Source: an uncultured Gemmatimonadales bacterium (GTDB lineage: Bacteria; Gemmatimonadota; Gemmatimonadetes; Longimicrobiales; Longimicrobiaceae). Taken from it: a stretch of 64,000 nt of DNA. Positions 33,926-43,259 of the stretch are shown here, piece after piece. The notes beneath the pieces were generated by a model. That model was not told the DNA's origin and searched no databases. It was given only the letters and a program-made list of their open reading frames with translations. Each line of letters opens with the position of its first letter. Within the stretch, counting starts at the first letter, position 1. The translations under genes and the position numbers were made by a program. Location of the stretch: positions 5,632,001-5,696,000 of the forward strand of contig OY970303.1 in assembly GCA_963716255.1 (NCBI GenBank), in the 5' to 3' direction.

Positions 33926-35578
33926 ATGTCCGACAAAGACCCCCCGTGGTGGCGGCGCGGGATCATCTACCAGGTGTACCCGCGCTCCTTCCAGGACTCG
34001 GACGGCGACGGCGTGGGCGACCTGCCGGGGATCACGCGCCGCCTGGACCACCTGCAGTGGCTGGGCGTGGACGCGGTGTGGATCTCCCCGTTCTACCCGT
34101 CGCCCATGGCCGACTTCGGCTACGACGTGTCCGACTACTGCGGCGTGGACCCGCGCTTCGGGACGCTGGACGACTTCGACCGGCTGGTGGGGGAGGCGCA
34201 CGCCCGCGGCCTGCGGGTGATCGTGGACTTCGTCCCCAACCACACCTCCGAGCGGCACCCGTGGTTCGCGGAGTCGCGCGCCTCGCGGACGAGCCCAAAG
34301 CGCGGCTGGTACCTCTGGCGCGACGCGGCCCCGGACGGCGGGCCGCCGAACAACTGGATCAGCGCCTTCGGGGGGAGCGCCTGGGAGTGGGACGCGGCCA
34401 CGGGGCAGTACTACCTGCACACCTTTTTGCGCGAGCAGCCGGACCTGGACTGGAGCAATCCGGAGGTGGTGGAGGCGATGCTGGACGTGCTCCGCTTCTG
34501 GCTGGAGCGAGGCGTGGACGGCTTCCGGGTGGACGCGGTGCAGAACCTGGGCAAGGACCCGGAGCTGCGCGACAACCCGCCGAACCCCGCCTTTCGACCG
34601 GGCGAGGACGACCCGTACGACGCGCTGCTGCGGGAGAGCTCGTGCGACCGGCCGACCGTGCACGCGCACATCGCCCGCATGCGCGCCCTGGCGGACGGGT
34701 ACGAGGGCGGGCGGGTGGTGCTGGGGGAGATCTACAACACGGTGGACCGGCTGATGCCCTACTACGGCGAGGGGGGCTCCGGCTGCCACTTCCCGTACAA
34801 CTTCCAGCTCATCCGCCTCCCCTGGGACGCGCGCGCCGTCGGCGGCGCGGTGCGCCGCTACGAGGGGCTGCTCCCGCCCGGCGCGTGGCCCAACTGGGTG
34901 CTGGGCAACCACGACCGGCACCGCATCGCCACGCGGGTGGGGGCGGCGCAGGCGCGGGTGGCGGCCATGCTGCTATTGACCCTGCGGGGGACGCCCACGC
35001 TGTACTACGGCGACGAGATCGGGATGCGCGACGTGCCGATCCCGCCGGAGCGCGTGCAGGACCCGTGGGAGCGGAACCTCCCCGGCCGGGGGCTGGGACG
35101 CGACCCGGAGCGCACGCCCATGCAGTGGGACGCGGGCCCGGGCGCCGGCTTCACCACGGGCGAGCCGTGGCTGCCCATCGCGGACGACTTCCGCGAGGTC
35201 AACGTGCAGGCGGAGCGCGGCGACCCCGGCTCCATGCTGTCGTTGTACCGCCGGCTGATCCAGCTTCGCCGCGCCGAGCCGGCGCTGCACGCGGGCGACT
35301 GGGAGCCCGTGGACGCGCCCGGCGGGGTGCTGGCGTACCGGCGCGCGGGGGGAGGGCGACGCTTCCTGGTGGCGCTCAACCTGGGCGGGGAGACCCGCTC
35401 GCTGGAGGTGGGGCGGGGGACGACGGGAACGGTGGCGGTGGCCACCCACCCGGAGCGCGACGGCGAGAGGGTGGAGGGGACGCTGGCGCTGCGCGGGGCG
35501 GAAGGGGTGGTGGTGCGGCTGGAACCGGGCGCGCCGGGCTCCTCCCACATCGGCGGCGCTCCGGCGGGAATGCGATGA
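33926..35578 (+). CDS. GH13 alpha-glucosidase, paralog
   Basis: Same motifs; long near-identical blocks with the 31429 gene. Confidence 0.93.
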   Translation: MSDKDPPWWRRGIIYQVYPRSFQDSDGDGVGDLPGITRRLDHLQWLGVDAVWISPFYPSPMADFGYDVSDYCGVDPRFGTLDDFDRLVGEAHARGLRVIVDFVPNHTSERHPWFAESRASRTSPKRGWYLWRDAAPDGGPPNNWISAFGGSAWEWDAATGQYYLHTFLREQPDLDWSNPEVVEAMLDVLRFWLERGVDGFRVDAVQNLGKDPELRDNPPNPAFRPGEDDPYDALLRESSCDRPTVHAHIARMRALADGYEGGRVVLGEIYNTVDRLMPYYGEGGSGCHFPYNFQLIRLPWDARAVGGAVRRYEGLLPPGAWPNWVLGNHDRHRIATRVGAAQARVAAMLLLTLRGTPTLYYGDEIGMRDVPIPPERVQDPWERNLPGRGLGRDPERTPMQWDAGPGAGFTTGEPWLPIADDFREVNVQAERGDPGSMLSLYRRLIQLRRAEPALHAGDWEPVDAPGGVLAYRRAGGGRRFLVALNLGGETRSLEVGRGTTGTVAVATHPERDGERVEGTLALRGAEGVVVRLEPGAPGSSHIGGAPAGMR

Positions 35579-36276
35579 CGTCCACACCCCACGACCCGCC
35601 GTCCCGCGCCGACGTCCGCGCCAGCTACGACCGCGTCGCGGGCGAGTACGCCCGGCGCATCGCCGGCGAGCTCGCGCACAAGCCGCTCGACCGCGAGCTC
35701 CTGGACCGCTTCGCCGACCGCGTGCGCGGCGCCGGGCCCGTCGCGGACCTGGGCTGCGGCCCCGGCCACGTGGCCCGCTACCTCGCGGACCGCGGGGTCG
35801 ACGCGTTCGGCCTGGACCTGTCGCCGGCGATGGTCGAGCAGGCGCGGGAGCTCCAGCCGGGGGTGCCGTTCCGCGTGGGCGACGTCACGGCGCTCGACGC
35901 CCCCGACGGGGCGTGGGCGGGGGCGGTCGCGTACTACTCGCTGATCCACCTGCCGCGCGCCGCCGTCGCACACGCCCTGCGCGAGGTGGCCCGCGCGCTG
36001 CGCCCGGGCGCGCCGCTGCTCGTCGCCTTCCACGTGGGCGACGAGACGCGGCGCATGGACGAGTGGTGGGGGTACCCGGTGCGCCTGGACTTCGTCTTCT
36101 TCGGGGTGGACGAGATGGCCGGCTACCTGCGCGAGGCCGGCTTCATCGTGGAGGACGCGACCGTGCGCGAGCCGTACTTCGACGTCGAGGCGCCGACGCG
36201 CCGCGCCTACCTGCTGGCGGTGAAGCCGGCAGACGCGCCCTCGCCGTCGGGCGAGAGCGACCCGCGCCCGGGCTGA
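35575..36276 (+). CDS. Class I SAM-dependent methyltransferase
   Basis: ADLGCGPG, GLDLSPAM; ATGA overlap with the upstream gene. Confidence 0.9.
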   Translation: MTSTPHDPPSRADVRASYDRVAGEYARRIAGELAHKPLDRELLDRFADRVRGAGPVADLGCGPGHVARYLADRGVDAFGLDLSPAMVEQARELQPGVPFRVGDVTALDAPDGAWAGAVAYYSLIHLPRAAVAHALREVARALRPGAPLLVAFHVGDETRRMDEWWGYPVRLDFVFFGVDEMAGYLREAGFIVEDATVREPYFDVEAPTRRAYLLAVKPADAPSPSGESDPRPG

Positions 36277-36448
36277 GAGACGCATCGACCGGGAGGGCGG
36301 GGTCCGGCGGTGCGGAGGGCGCCCTGAGAAGTGTCCGGAGAAGGAAGAGGCGGAGCGCGCGACGGCTGCGCGCTCCGCCTCTTCGCGCGTCCCCACGAGA
36401 AATTTTCGCGAGGCTCTTGCGCCCGGCCGGGCCGCCCCGTATTCTGCG

Positions 36449-36467
36449 GTTGAGAATCGTTCTCAAC
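36449..36467. promoter_or_regulatory. Fur-like box GTTGAGAATCGTTCTCAAC
   Basis: Perfect 8-3-8 palindrome 21 bp before a TonB receptor start. Confidence 0.75.
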
Positions 36468-36488
36468 ATCACCCATCGACTGTCTGTC

Positions 36489-38855
36489 ATGCGACTGATC
36501 CTTCTTGCCGGTCTCGGCTCGTCCCTGTGCTGCGGCGTTGCCGCCGCGCAGGCCCCCCGTCCCACGCCGCCGTTCGCCGCGGCCGTCCGCGCCGTGGCGG
36601 ACACCATCACCCGGATCCGCTTCCGCATCCCGGCGCAGCCGCTCCCGCGCGCCCTGGGCGACTTCGCCCGGCAGGCGGGGATCCGCGTGGAGGTGGACCT
36701 GGCGGCCGCGGGGAGCGCGACCTCGCAGGCGGTGGCCGGCTCCCTGACCACGGCGGAGGCGCTGCGGCAGCTCCTGGCCGGCACCGGGCTGGCGGCGCGC
36801 TTCCCGGACGACGGGACGGCGCGGGTGAGCGCGGACGCGCCGGGCGGCGCCTACACGCTCACGCCCATCACCGTGGTGGGCGAGCGGCGGCGCGGCTACG
36901 CCGCGACGCGCTCCACCACCGCCACGAGGACAGACACTCCGCTCCGCGACACCCCGCAGTCGGTGAGCGTGGTCACGCGCGACGTCATCTCCGACCAGGC
37001 CATGCAGGGGATGGCCGACGTGGTGCGCTACGTCCCCGGGATCACCATGGGGCAGGGCGAGGGGCACCGCGACGCCCCCACCATCCGCGGCAACTCCACC
37101 ACCGCCGACTTCTTCGTGGACGGCGTGCGGGACGACGCGCAGTACCTGCGCGACCTGTACAACGTGGAGCGCGTGGAGGCCCTCAAGGGCTCCAACGCCC
37201 TGATCTTCGGGCGGGGCGGCGGCGGCGGGGTCCTGAACCGGGCCACCAAGGAAGCGCAGTGGGCGCCCGTCCGCGTCCTCACCGCCGAGGGCGGCTCGTT
37301 CGAGCACCGGCGCGGGACCGTGGACGTGGGGCAGGGGCTGGGCGGCAGCGTGGCCGTGCGCCTCAACGGGATGTACGAGAACTCCGGCGGCTTCCGCGAC
37401 GAGTACGAGCTTCGCCGCTTCGGCGTCAACCCCACCGTGGCGCTGGCGCTCGGGGCGCGCACCACCGTGCGGGCCGGGTACGAGCTGTTCGACGACCACC
37501 GCTCGGTGGACCGGGGCATCCCCTCGCTCCAGGGCGGCCCCTCCAACGCACGCATCACCACTTTCTTCGGCAACCCGGACTCCAGCTACTCCACCGTGCG
37601 CGTGCACGCCGGCACCGCGCTGCTGGAGCACGCCGCGGGCGCGCTCACCCTGCGCAACCGGACCCGCTTCGCCAGCTACGACAAGTTCTACCAGAACAGC
37701 TTCCCCGGCGCGCTGAACGCCGCCGGGACGCAGGTGTCGCTCGCCGCGTACAGCAACGCCACCGACCGCCGCAACCTGTTCAACCAGACCGACCTGGTCC
37801 TGGACCTCGCGACCGGCCCGGTGAAGCACACCCTGCTGCTGGGCGCCGAGCTGGGCCGGCAGGACACGGAGAACTTCCGCGAGACCGGCTACTACAACGG
37901 CACCGCCGCCTCCTTCGCCGTCCCCTTCGGCGAGCCCACGGTGGCCACCTCCATCACCTTCCGGCAGAGCGCGACCGACGCGGACAACCGCGCCGTGGCG
38001 ACCGTCGCCGGGGTGTACGTGCAGGACCAGGTGGAGCTCGCCCGCTTCCTCCAGCTGGTAGGCGGGCTCCGCTGGGAGCGCTTCGACGTGGACTTCGAGA
38101 ACCGGCGCAGCGACCAGCAGCTGAGCCGGCAGGACGAGCTGCTTTCCCCGCGCGCCGGGGTGGTGGTGAAGCCCATCGAGCCGCTCTCGCTGTACGGCAG
38201 CATCGGGGTGTCGTACCTCCCCAGCTCCGGCGACCAGTTCAGCTCGCTGACCGCGACCACCGAGACGCTGGAGCCCGAGGAGTTCACCAACCGCGAGGTC
38301 GGCGCGAAGTGGGACGTGCGTCCCGGCCTCGCCCTTTCCGCCGCGCTGTACCGGCTGGACCGCACCAACACCTCGGCGCCGGACCCTGCGGACCCCACCC
38401 GGCTGGTGCAGACGGGGAGCCAGCGCACCGAGGGGTGGGAGCTGGGCGCCACGGGGAGCGTCACGGACTTCTGGCAGGTGGCGGCCGGCTTCGCCTCGCA
38501 GGACGCGGAGATCACCAGCACCACCTCCGCCGCCAGGGCCGGGCAGCGTGTCCCGCTGGTGCCGGAGCACACGCTGTCGCTGTGGAACCGCGTGCAGGTG
38601 GTCCCGGCGCTGGGGGTGGGGCTGGGCGTGGTGCGCCAGTCCGAGATGTTCGCCGCCATCGACAACACGGTGACGCTCCCGGGCTTCACCCGCGCCGACG
38701 GCGCGCTGTTCCTGCGGCTGGGGCGGCTGCTGAGCGCCCAGGTCAACGTGGAGAACCTGCTCGACGAGAAGTACTACGCCACCTCCCACGGCAACAACAA
38801 CATCATGCCGGGGGCGTCGCGCACCGTTCGGGTTTCGCTGACCACACGCTTTTAA
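36489..38855 (+). CDS. TonB-dependent siderophore receptor with an N-terminal STN-like domain
   Basis: FRIPAQPLPRAL (STN), TPLRDTPQSVSVV, ERVEALKG (plug), VENLLDEKY, C-terminal Phe. Confidence 0.93.
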   Translation: MRLILLAGLGSSLCCGVAAAQAPRPTPPFAAAVRAVADTITRIRFRIPAQPLPRALGDFARQAGIRVEVDLAAAGSATSQAVAGSLTTAEALRQLLAGTGLAARFPDDGTARVSADAPGGAYTLTPITVVGERRRGYAATRSTTATRTDTPLRDTPQSVSVVTRDVISDQAMQGMADVVRYVPGITMGQGEGHRDAPTIRGNSTTADFFVDGVRDDAQYLRDLYNVERVEALKGSNALIFGRGGGGGVLNRATKEAQWAPVRVLTAEGGSFEHRRGTVDVGQGLGGSVAVRLNGMYENSGGFRDEYELRRFGVNPTVALALGARTTVRAGYELFDDHRSVDRGIPSLQGGPSNARITTFFGNPDSSYSTVRVHAGTALLEHAAGALTLRNRTRFASYDKFYQNSFPGALNAAGTQVSLAAYSNATDRRNLFNQTDLVLDLATGPVKHTLLLGAELGRQDTENFRETGYYNGTAASFAVPFGEPTVATSITFRQSATDADNRAVATVAGVYVQDQVELARFLQLVGGLRWERFDVDFENRRSDQQLSRQDELLSPRAGVVVKPIEPLSLYGSIGVSYLPSSGDQFSSLTATTETLEPEEFTNREVGAKWDVRPGLALSAALYRLDRTNTSAPDPADPTRLVQTGSQRTEGWELGATGSVTDFWQVAAGFASQDAEITSTTSAARAGQRVPLVPEHTLSLWNRVQVVPALGVGLGVVRQSEMFAAIDNTVTLPGFTRADGALFLRLGRLLSAQVNVENLLDEKYYATSHGNNNIMPGASRTVRVSLTTRF

Positions 38856-38866
38856 GGCTTTGAACT

Positions 38867-39004
38867 GCGGGTCTGGGCGTGCCCCCGGCTGGCGCCGGGG
38901 TCGGGCTTCGGCTCCGTAGCAGACGAAACGACCGTCTGCAACGGAGTCGAGCCCGCGCAAACAGCCGCGCGGTCTCGCCCCTTCGGGCCGAAATCCCTCA
39001 CGCG
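38867..39004. repeat. Repeat family A, copy 7
   Basis: Reverse-complement match. Confidence 0.95.
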
Positions 39005-39211
39005 GGGATCGCGCTGGCGTCCGCGAGATCCGCCCCCCTCACCCCCCCGACCCCCTCTCCCCCGCAAGCGGGGGAAAGGGGGAGCGCGACACACCGGAAG
39101 GCGAGGGTCGGGGAGTCCTCCGCCAGAATCGGGGGAGGGTGACGGCTCTCAGGCCGCCGGGTGGGGGCTCGCGGGCGCCAGCTCGGCGTCTGCCCATGGC
39201 ACCGCCGTTGC

Positions 39212-39302
39212 CCCCTCTCCCAGAATTGGGAGAGGGTGGCGAGCCTCAAGCGAGCCGGGTGAGGGCCGCCGTTGCAGGCTGTTCCCTGTTCCCTGTTCCC
39301 TG
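39212..39302. repeat. REP-like family C element followed by (CTGTTCC)n heptamers
   Basis: CCCTCTCCCAGAATTGGGAGAGGG...CGAGCCGGGTGAGGGCC; TGTTCCCTGTTCCCTGTTCCC. Confidence 0.8.
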
Positions 39303-39306
39303 CCGT

Positions 39307-39849
39307 TCAAGCTTCCGTCTGCTCCGTGATCACGCCGCAGGCGATGCGTGCGCCGGAGTTGCCGGACGGGTCCGTGCGGTAGTCGTCCGCGGTCGCGTGG
39401 ATCACCAGCGCGGTGCCGCCCTGCTTGAGCAGCGGGTTGGCGCGGCGCAGCGTCACCCCCTCCTTGACCGTCTCGATCTCGCCCTGGCCGTTGGCGCCCA
39501 CCGTCAGGTTGGGGAGGTCGCCGGCGTGCGGGCCCTGGGGGTTCTCCGTGCCGTGCTGCTTGCCCGCGGGGTTGTAGTGCGGGCCGGCGGTGGTGAAGTC
39601 CGGCGTGTCGCACGTGCCGTTCTGGTGAAAGTGCAGCCCGTGCGTGCCGGCCGGCAGGCCGCGCACGTTCAGGTTCACCCGCACCCCGTCCTCCGCGTCC
39701 GTCAGCACCGCGCTCCCCACCGGCTGGCCCTGCGCGTTGACTAGGCGGACCGTGGCCGCCGTGGCGTTCCGCCCGCCCGACACCGTCGCGGGCGCGCACC
39801 CCGCCGCCACCAGGCATATCACCGCCGCACCGATCACCCGGTTCTTCAT
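39307..39849 (-). CDS. sodC: Cu/Zn superoxide dismutase family lipoprotein
   Basis: HGLHFH, AGPHYNP, HAGDLPN, VIHATADD, GNSGARIACG. Confidence 0.92.
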   Translation of the reverse strand: MKNRVIGAAVICLVAAGCAPATVSGGRNATAATVRLVNAQGQPVGSAVLTDAEDGVRVNLNVRGLPAGTHGLHFHQNGTCDTPDFTTAGPHYNPAGKQHGTENPQGPHAGDLPNLTVGANGQGEIETVKEGVTLRRANPLLKQGGTALVIHATADDYRTDPSGNSGARIACGVITEQTEA

Positions 39850-39946
39850 TCTCTGTCTCTCTCGTCTGGTGGTTGCCGCCGGGCACTGGACGCGGCCCGG
39901 TCCCCGCGCGACCCGCAAGACCCGTGCAGCCCCGTCCCCGCGTTGA

Positions 39947-40008
39947 CTACTAACGAAATAGTTGACAACTCCGTGTGCGCCGCTTACCCTCTACTATGAG
40001 ACTAGTAG
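39947..40008 (+). promoter_or_regulatory. Promoter with two CTACTA-N6-TAGT(A/T)G operators, copy 1
   Basis: TTGACA(39962)-17-TACCCT flanked by palindromes at 39947 and 39991. Confidence 0.7.
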
Positions 40009-40117
40009 ACGCCGGCGGCTTTCCCCCGTAGGACGGCGCATGATCTTCACCCGTACGCTGTATTACACGCTCGCCTCCGCGCAGCAGCGCGCAGCGACCC
40101 GACGCCGCGCCGGGACC

Positions 40118-40255
40118 CGCGTGAGGGATTTCGGCCCGAAGGGGCGAGACCCGGCGGGGCTGTTTCCGCCGGGGCTCGACTCCGTTAGCCCGCGTTGTTT
40201 GCGGGCGTACGGAGCCGAAGCCCGACCCCGGCGCAGCCGGGGGCACGCCCGAGCC
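40118..40255. repeat. Repeat family A, copy 8
   Basis: Direct match to copy 1. Confidence 0.95.
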
Positions 40256-40271
40256 ACGCCCTGAAATGCTT

Positions 40272-40333
40272 CTACTAGTTTTTTAGTTGACAACCGAACA
40301 CCGCCGCGCTACAGTCTACTAAGACTCTAGTAG
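40272..40333 (+). promoter_or_regulatory. blaI-like promoter with two CTACTA-N6-TAGT(A/T)G operators, copy 2
   Basis: TTGACA(40287)-17-TACAGT; palindromes at 40272 and 40316; AAGGAG RBS follows. Confidence 0.8.
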
Positions 40334-40348
40334 AAAGGAGACCATACG

Positions 40349-40729
40349 ATGGAAGTCTCGTTTACGGAACGGGAGCTGGACGTGATGGACGTGCTCTGGG
40401 AGACCCGCACGGCGACCGTGGCGGAGGTCCGCGAGCGCCTGTCGGACGAGCTGGCCTACACCACCGTGCTCACCGTGCTGCGGACCCTGGAGGAGAAGGG
40501 CCACGTGGGTCACGAGGAGGAGGGCCGCGCCCACCGCTACTTCCCGCGGGTGGAGCGGCAGGCGGCCGGAAAGAGTGCCCTCAGCCGCATGCTCCACAAG
40601 CTCTTCAAGGACTCGCCGGAGATGCTGCTCACGCACCTGGTGTCGGACCGCCGCGTCTCGGACGAGGAGCTGCGCCGCATGCGCCGCCTGCTGGACGAGC
40701 GCCTGGAAGGCGAGGAGGGACAGGGATGA
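40349..40729 (+). CDS. BlaI/MecI/CopY family repressor
   Basis: ERELDVMDVLW, LAYTTVLTVLRTLEEKG. Confidence 0.95.
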   Translation: MEVSFTERELDVMDVLWETRTATVAEVRERLSDELAYTTVLTVLRTLEEKGHVGHEEEGRAHRYFPRVERQAAGKSALSRMLHKLFKDSPEMLLTHLVSDRRVSDEELRRMRRLLDERLEGEEGQG

Positions 40730-42648
40730 TCGCGCACTGGATCGCGTACTGCGCCGCCATCGGGATGCTGCTCGCCCTGGGCGGGCTGGCGCTGGAGCGG
40801 GCGCTGCGGGCCGCCGCGCTCCCCACGCGCTGGGCGTGGCTGGCCGCCATGCTGCTGACGCTCGCCATCCCCGCGGCGATGCGCGCCCTGCCGCGGGAGA
40901 CCCCGCCCGCATCCTCGTCCCGCGTGGCCGCGCCCGCCGGCGCCGCCGGGGAGCGGCTGTCCCCCGCCGACCTGCCGCTGGGGCAGGCCTCGCCGCGGCG
41001 GATCGACCTCGCCGCGCTGGACCGCCCGCTCCTGCTGGCGTGGGGCGCGGCGTCGGGCGCGACGCTCCTGGCGCTCCTGGCGATGGCGGCCGTGCTGCGC
41101 CGCCGCCGCTCCGGGTGGCGCGCGGCGGAGCTTGCCGGCGTCCCCGTGCTCATCTCGCGCGACACGGGCCCGGCGGTGGTGGGGCTGGTGCGGAGCCGCA
41201 TCGTGCTCCCCGAGTGGGCCGCCGACGCCGACCCGGAGCAGCGCGCCCTGCTGCTGGAGCACGAGACGGAGCACCTGCGCGCGGGGGACCCGCGCCTGCT
41301 CGCCGTGGGGCTCGCCGCGCTGGTGCTGGCCCCGTGGAACCCGGCCGTGTGGTGGCAGCTCCGCCGCCTGCGGCTGGCCATGGAGATCGACTGCGACGCC
41401 CGCGTGCTGCGCCGCCGTGGCGACGTGCGCGCCTACGGGTCGCTGCTGCTGGAGGTGGGGCGCCGCTCGAGCGGCTCCGCCCTGGCCGTGGCCGCCTTTT
41501 CCGAACCCGCCTCGTTCCTGGAAAGGAGGATCCGCATCATGACCATGCCTCGTGAACGCTCTCCCTGGACCCGCGCCGCAGGCTTCGGCGTGCTGGCCCT
41601 GGGGCTCGCCGCCGCCGCCTGCGAGACGCCGGCGCCTACCTCCATCGCCCCCGCGCCGGTGGAGCGGGTGTACTCCGCCGCGGACGCGCCGCAGGGGCTC
41701 CAGCACGCCGCGATCAGCCCGCGCGAAGCCGTCGCCCGACACTTCCCCGAGGTCCTCACCCGGGGGATGGAGGGGAACAACGTCCTCACCTTCGTGGTGG
41801 ATCACCAGGGCAACGTGGTGCACACGTCCAGGGAGAAGCACGAGACGTTCATCGCCTCGCGTGTCCGGACCGAAGGCCACGCCGCTCCGGCGGCCGCCTC
41901 CAACGCCGAAGTGAGGGTGCAGGGTTCCCGCGTCACCGTGGCGGATGGCCAGCGCACACACTTCCGTGTCTCCTCCGCCGGCACGATCGGCGTGGAGCCG
42001 GAGCAGATCGAGTCGGTGGACGTGATGAAGTTCCCGGCCGGCGCCATGGGGCCGGACGCGGTGGACGTGCTCTGGATCCGCAAGCGCGATCCCGCCGCCC
42101 CGCCCTCGCAGCCGAAGATGCGCATGCCCGCGCCGTCCCGCACCGGTGCCGAGGCCGGTGAGGAGCAGATCGTCGTGTTCCGTGAGGGGGACCAGGCCGT
42201 GCTCCGCCGGACGACGCCGGACGGCCAGGAAGAGATCCGCGGGCAGCACGTCGAGCTTCGCGGCGACCGGGTGATCGCGCGGTCGGCGCCGGACACGGGA
42301 GGCGTCCGGGTCCATCTCCGCTCGCAGACCCGCAGCGAGGGCGGCACCATGGTGACCACCGGGGTCCCCGCGGGCGCACCGCAGCTTCCCGCCGTGGAAC
42401 AGGCGGTGGTCGTCCGCGCGGTGCAGCGCCATTACGCGTCGGCGGCCGCGCGGGGCGGGCCCACGCCCGAGATGATCTGGTTCGTGGTGGGCGCCGACGG
42501 CGAGGTGGTCCGCACCGGCAGGAGCGGGGACACGGCTCTCAACGAGTTCACGCCGGACCGGATCGCCGCGGTGGACGTGTTCAACGGAGACCGGATCCGG
42601 CTGGGCGGGGAGCCCGTGTCCGTCCTCTGGATCCGCCTCAAGGCGTGA
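40726..42648 (+). CDS. BlaR1-like M56 metallopeptidase sensor
   Basis: TM segments, HETEH, PWNPAVWW, EIDCDARV; ATGA overlap. Confidence 0.92.
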   Translation: MIAHWIAYCAAIGMLLALGGLALERALRAAALPTRWAWLAAMLLTLAIPAAMRALPRETPPASSSRVAAPAGAAGERLSPADLPLGQASPRRIDLAALDRPLLLAWGAASGATLLALLAMAAVLRRRRSGWRAAELAGVPVLISRDTGPAVVGLVRSRIVLPEWAADADPEQRALLLEHETEHLRAGDPRLLAVGLAALVLAPWNPAVWWQLRRLRLAMEIDCDARVLRRRGDVRAYGSLLLEVGRRSSGSALAVAAFSEPASFLERRIRIMTMPRERSPWTRAAGFGVLALGLAAAACETPAPTSIAPAPVERVYSAADAPQGLQHAAISPREAVARHFPEVLTRGMEGNNVLTFVVDHQGNVVHTSREKHETFIASRVRTEGHAAPAAASNAEVRVQGSRVTVADGQRTHFRVSSAGTIGVEPEQIESVDVMKFPAGAMGPDAVDVLWIRKRDPAAPPSQPKMRMPAPSRTGAEAGEEQIVVFREGDQAVLRRTTPDGQEEIRGQHVELRGDRVIARSAPDTGGVRVHLRSQTRSEGGTMVTTGVPAGAPQLPAVEQAVVVRAVQRHYASAAARGGPTPEMIWFVVGADGEVVRTGRSGDTALNEFTPDRIAAVDVFNGDRIRLGGEPVSVLWIRLKA

Positions 42649-42840
42649 GCCGGGCGGTGCGCACGCGCGCGGGTGCGGCGGCGCTCCTCGCCGCCTGCAC
42701 CCTGCTCGCCGGATGCGTTTTTCTTTCAGAAGTACGTACCTGGCGAAGTCCTGCTCCGGGGGTGTCGAGCCTACGATGGGGCGATACCTGATCACACGGG
42801 CGACAGCGGGGCCGCTCCACTGTGGAGCGGTCCCGTACTT

Positions 42841-43053
42841 TCAGTCGCACCAGCAGCCCGGACCATCCGGCCCAACCAGGCAATACCCTCCAGGGCACAA
42901 ACTGGCGCAAGTCATCTGCAAGTGATATCCGCACTCACTGGACAGGGACGACTGTGCTGGAGATGCAAGCGCCTGGGAAGCCCCGACCGCGAACACGACG
43001 GCGCAGGAGGTGCCGAACAGGACACGCCGCAGGCGAATGAACGGACGGTTCAT
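42841..43053 (-). CDS. Secreted six-Cys defensin-like peptide (70 aa)
   Basis: AGAGGA RBS, signal peptide ending ALA, mature region CGYHLQMTCASLCPGGYCLVGPDGPGCWCD. Confidence 0.72.
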   Translation of the reverse strand: MNRPFIRLRRVLFGTSCAVVFAVGASQALASPAQSSLSSECGYHLQMTCASLCPGGYCLVGPDGPGCWCD

Positions 43054-43259
43054 GATGTCCTCTGGGTGTGGCGTACAGCCCGCGAGCGCTGCGGGCGCGA
43101 GAAGGCGAAAGCATGTTAAGCGCCATTCTGATCAAGATCAACGTTCCCGTGGTCCCGTCCCCTGCGCACCCCGCCCGTGCGTCGTACGCAGAGTCCGCAT
43201 ATATTCGACGCTCCCTCCCGCAGTCCCCCTCGCCCCCGTTCGAGGAGCCACGCATCCGC

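Noticed and set aside
39962..40264. 100-aa ORF between the two operator cassettes
   Set aside because: It starts inside the -35 box and half of it is repeat sequence; no coding signature
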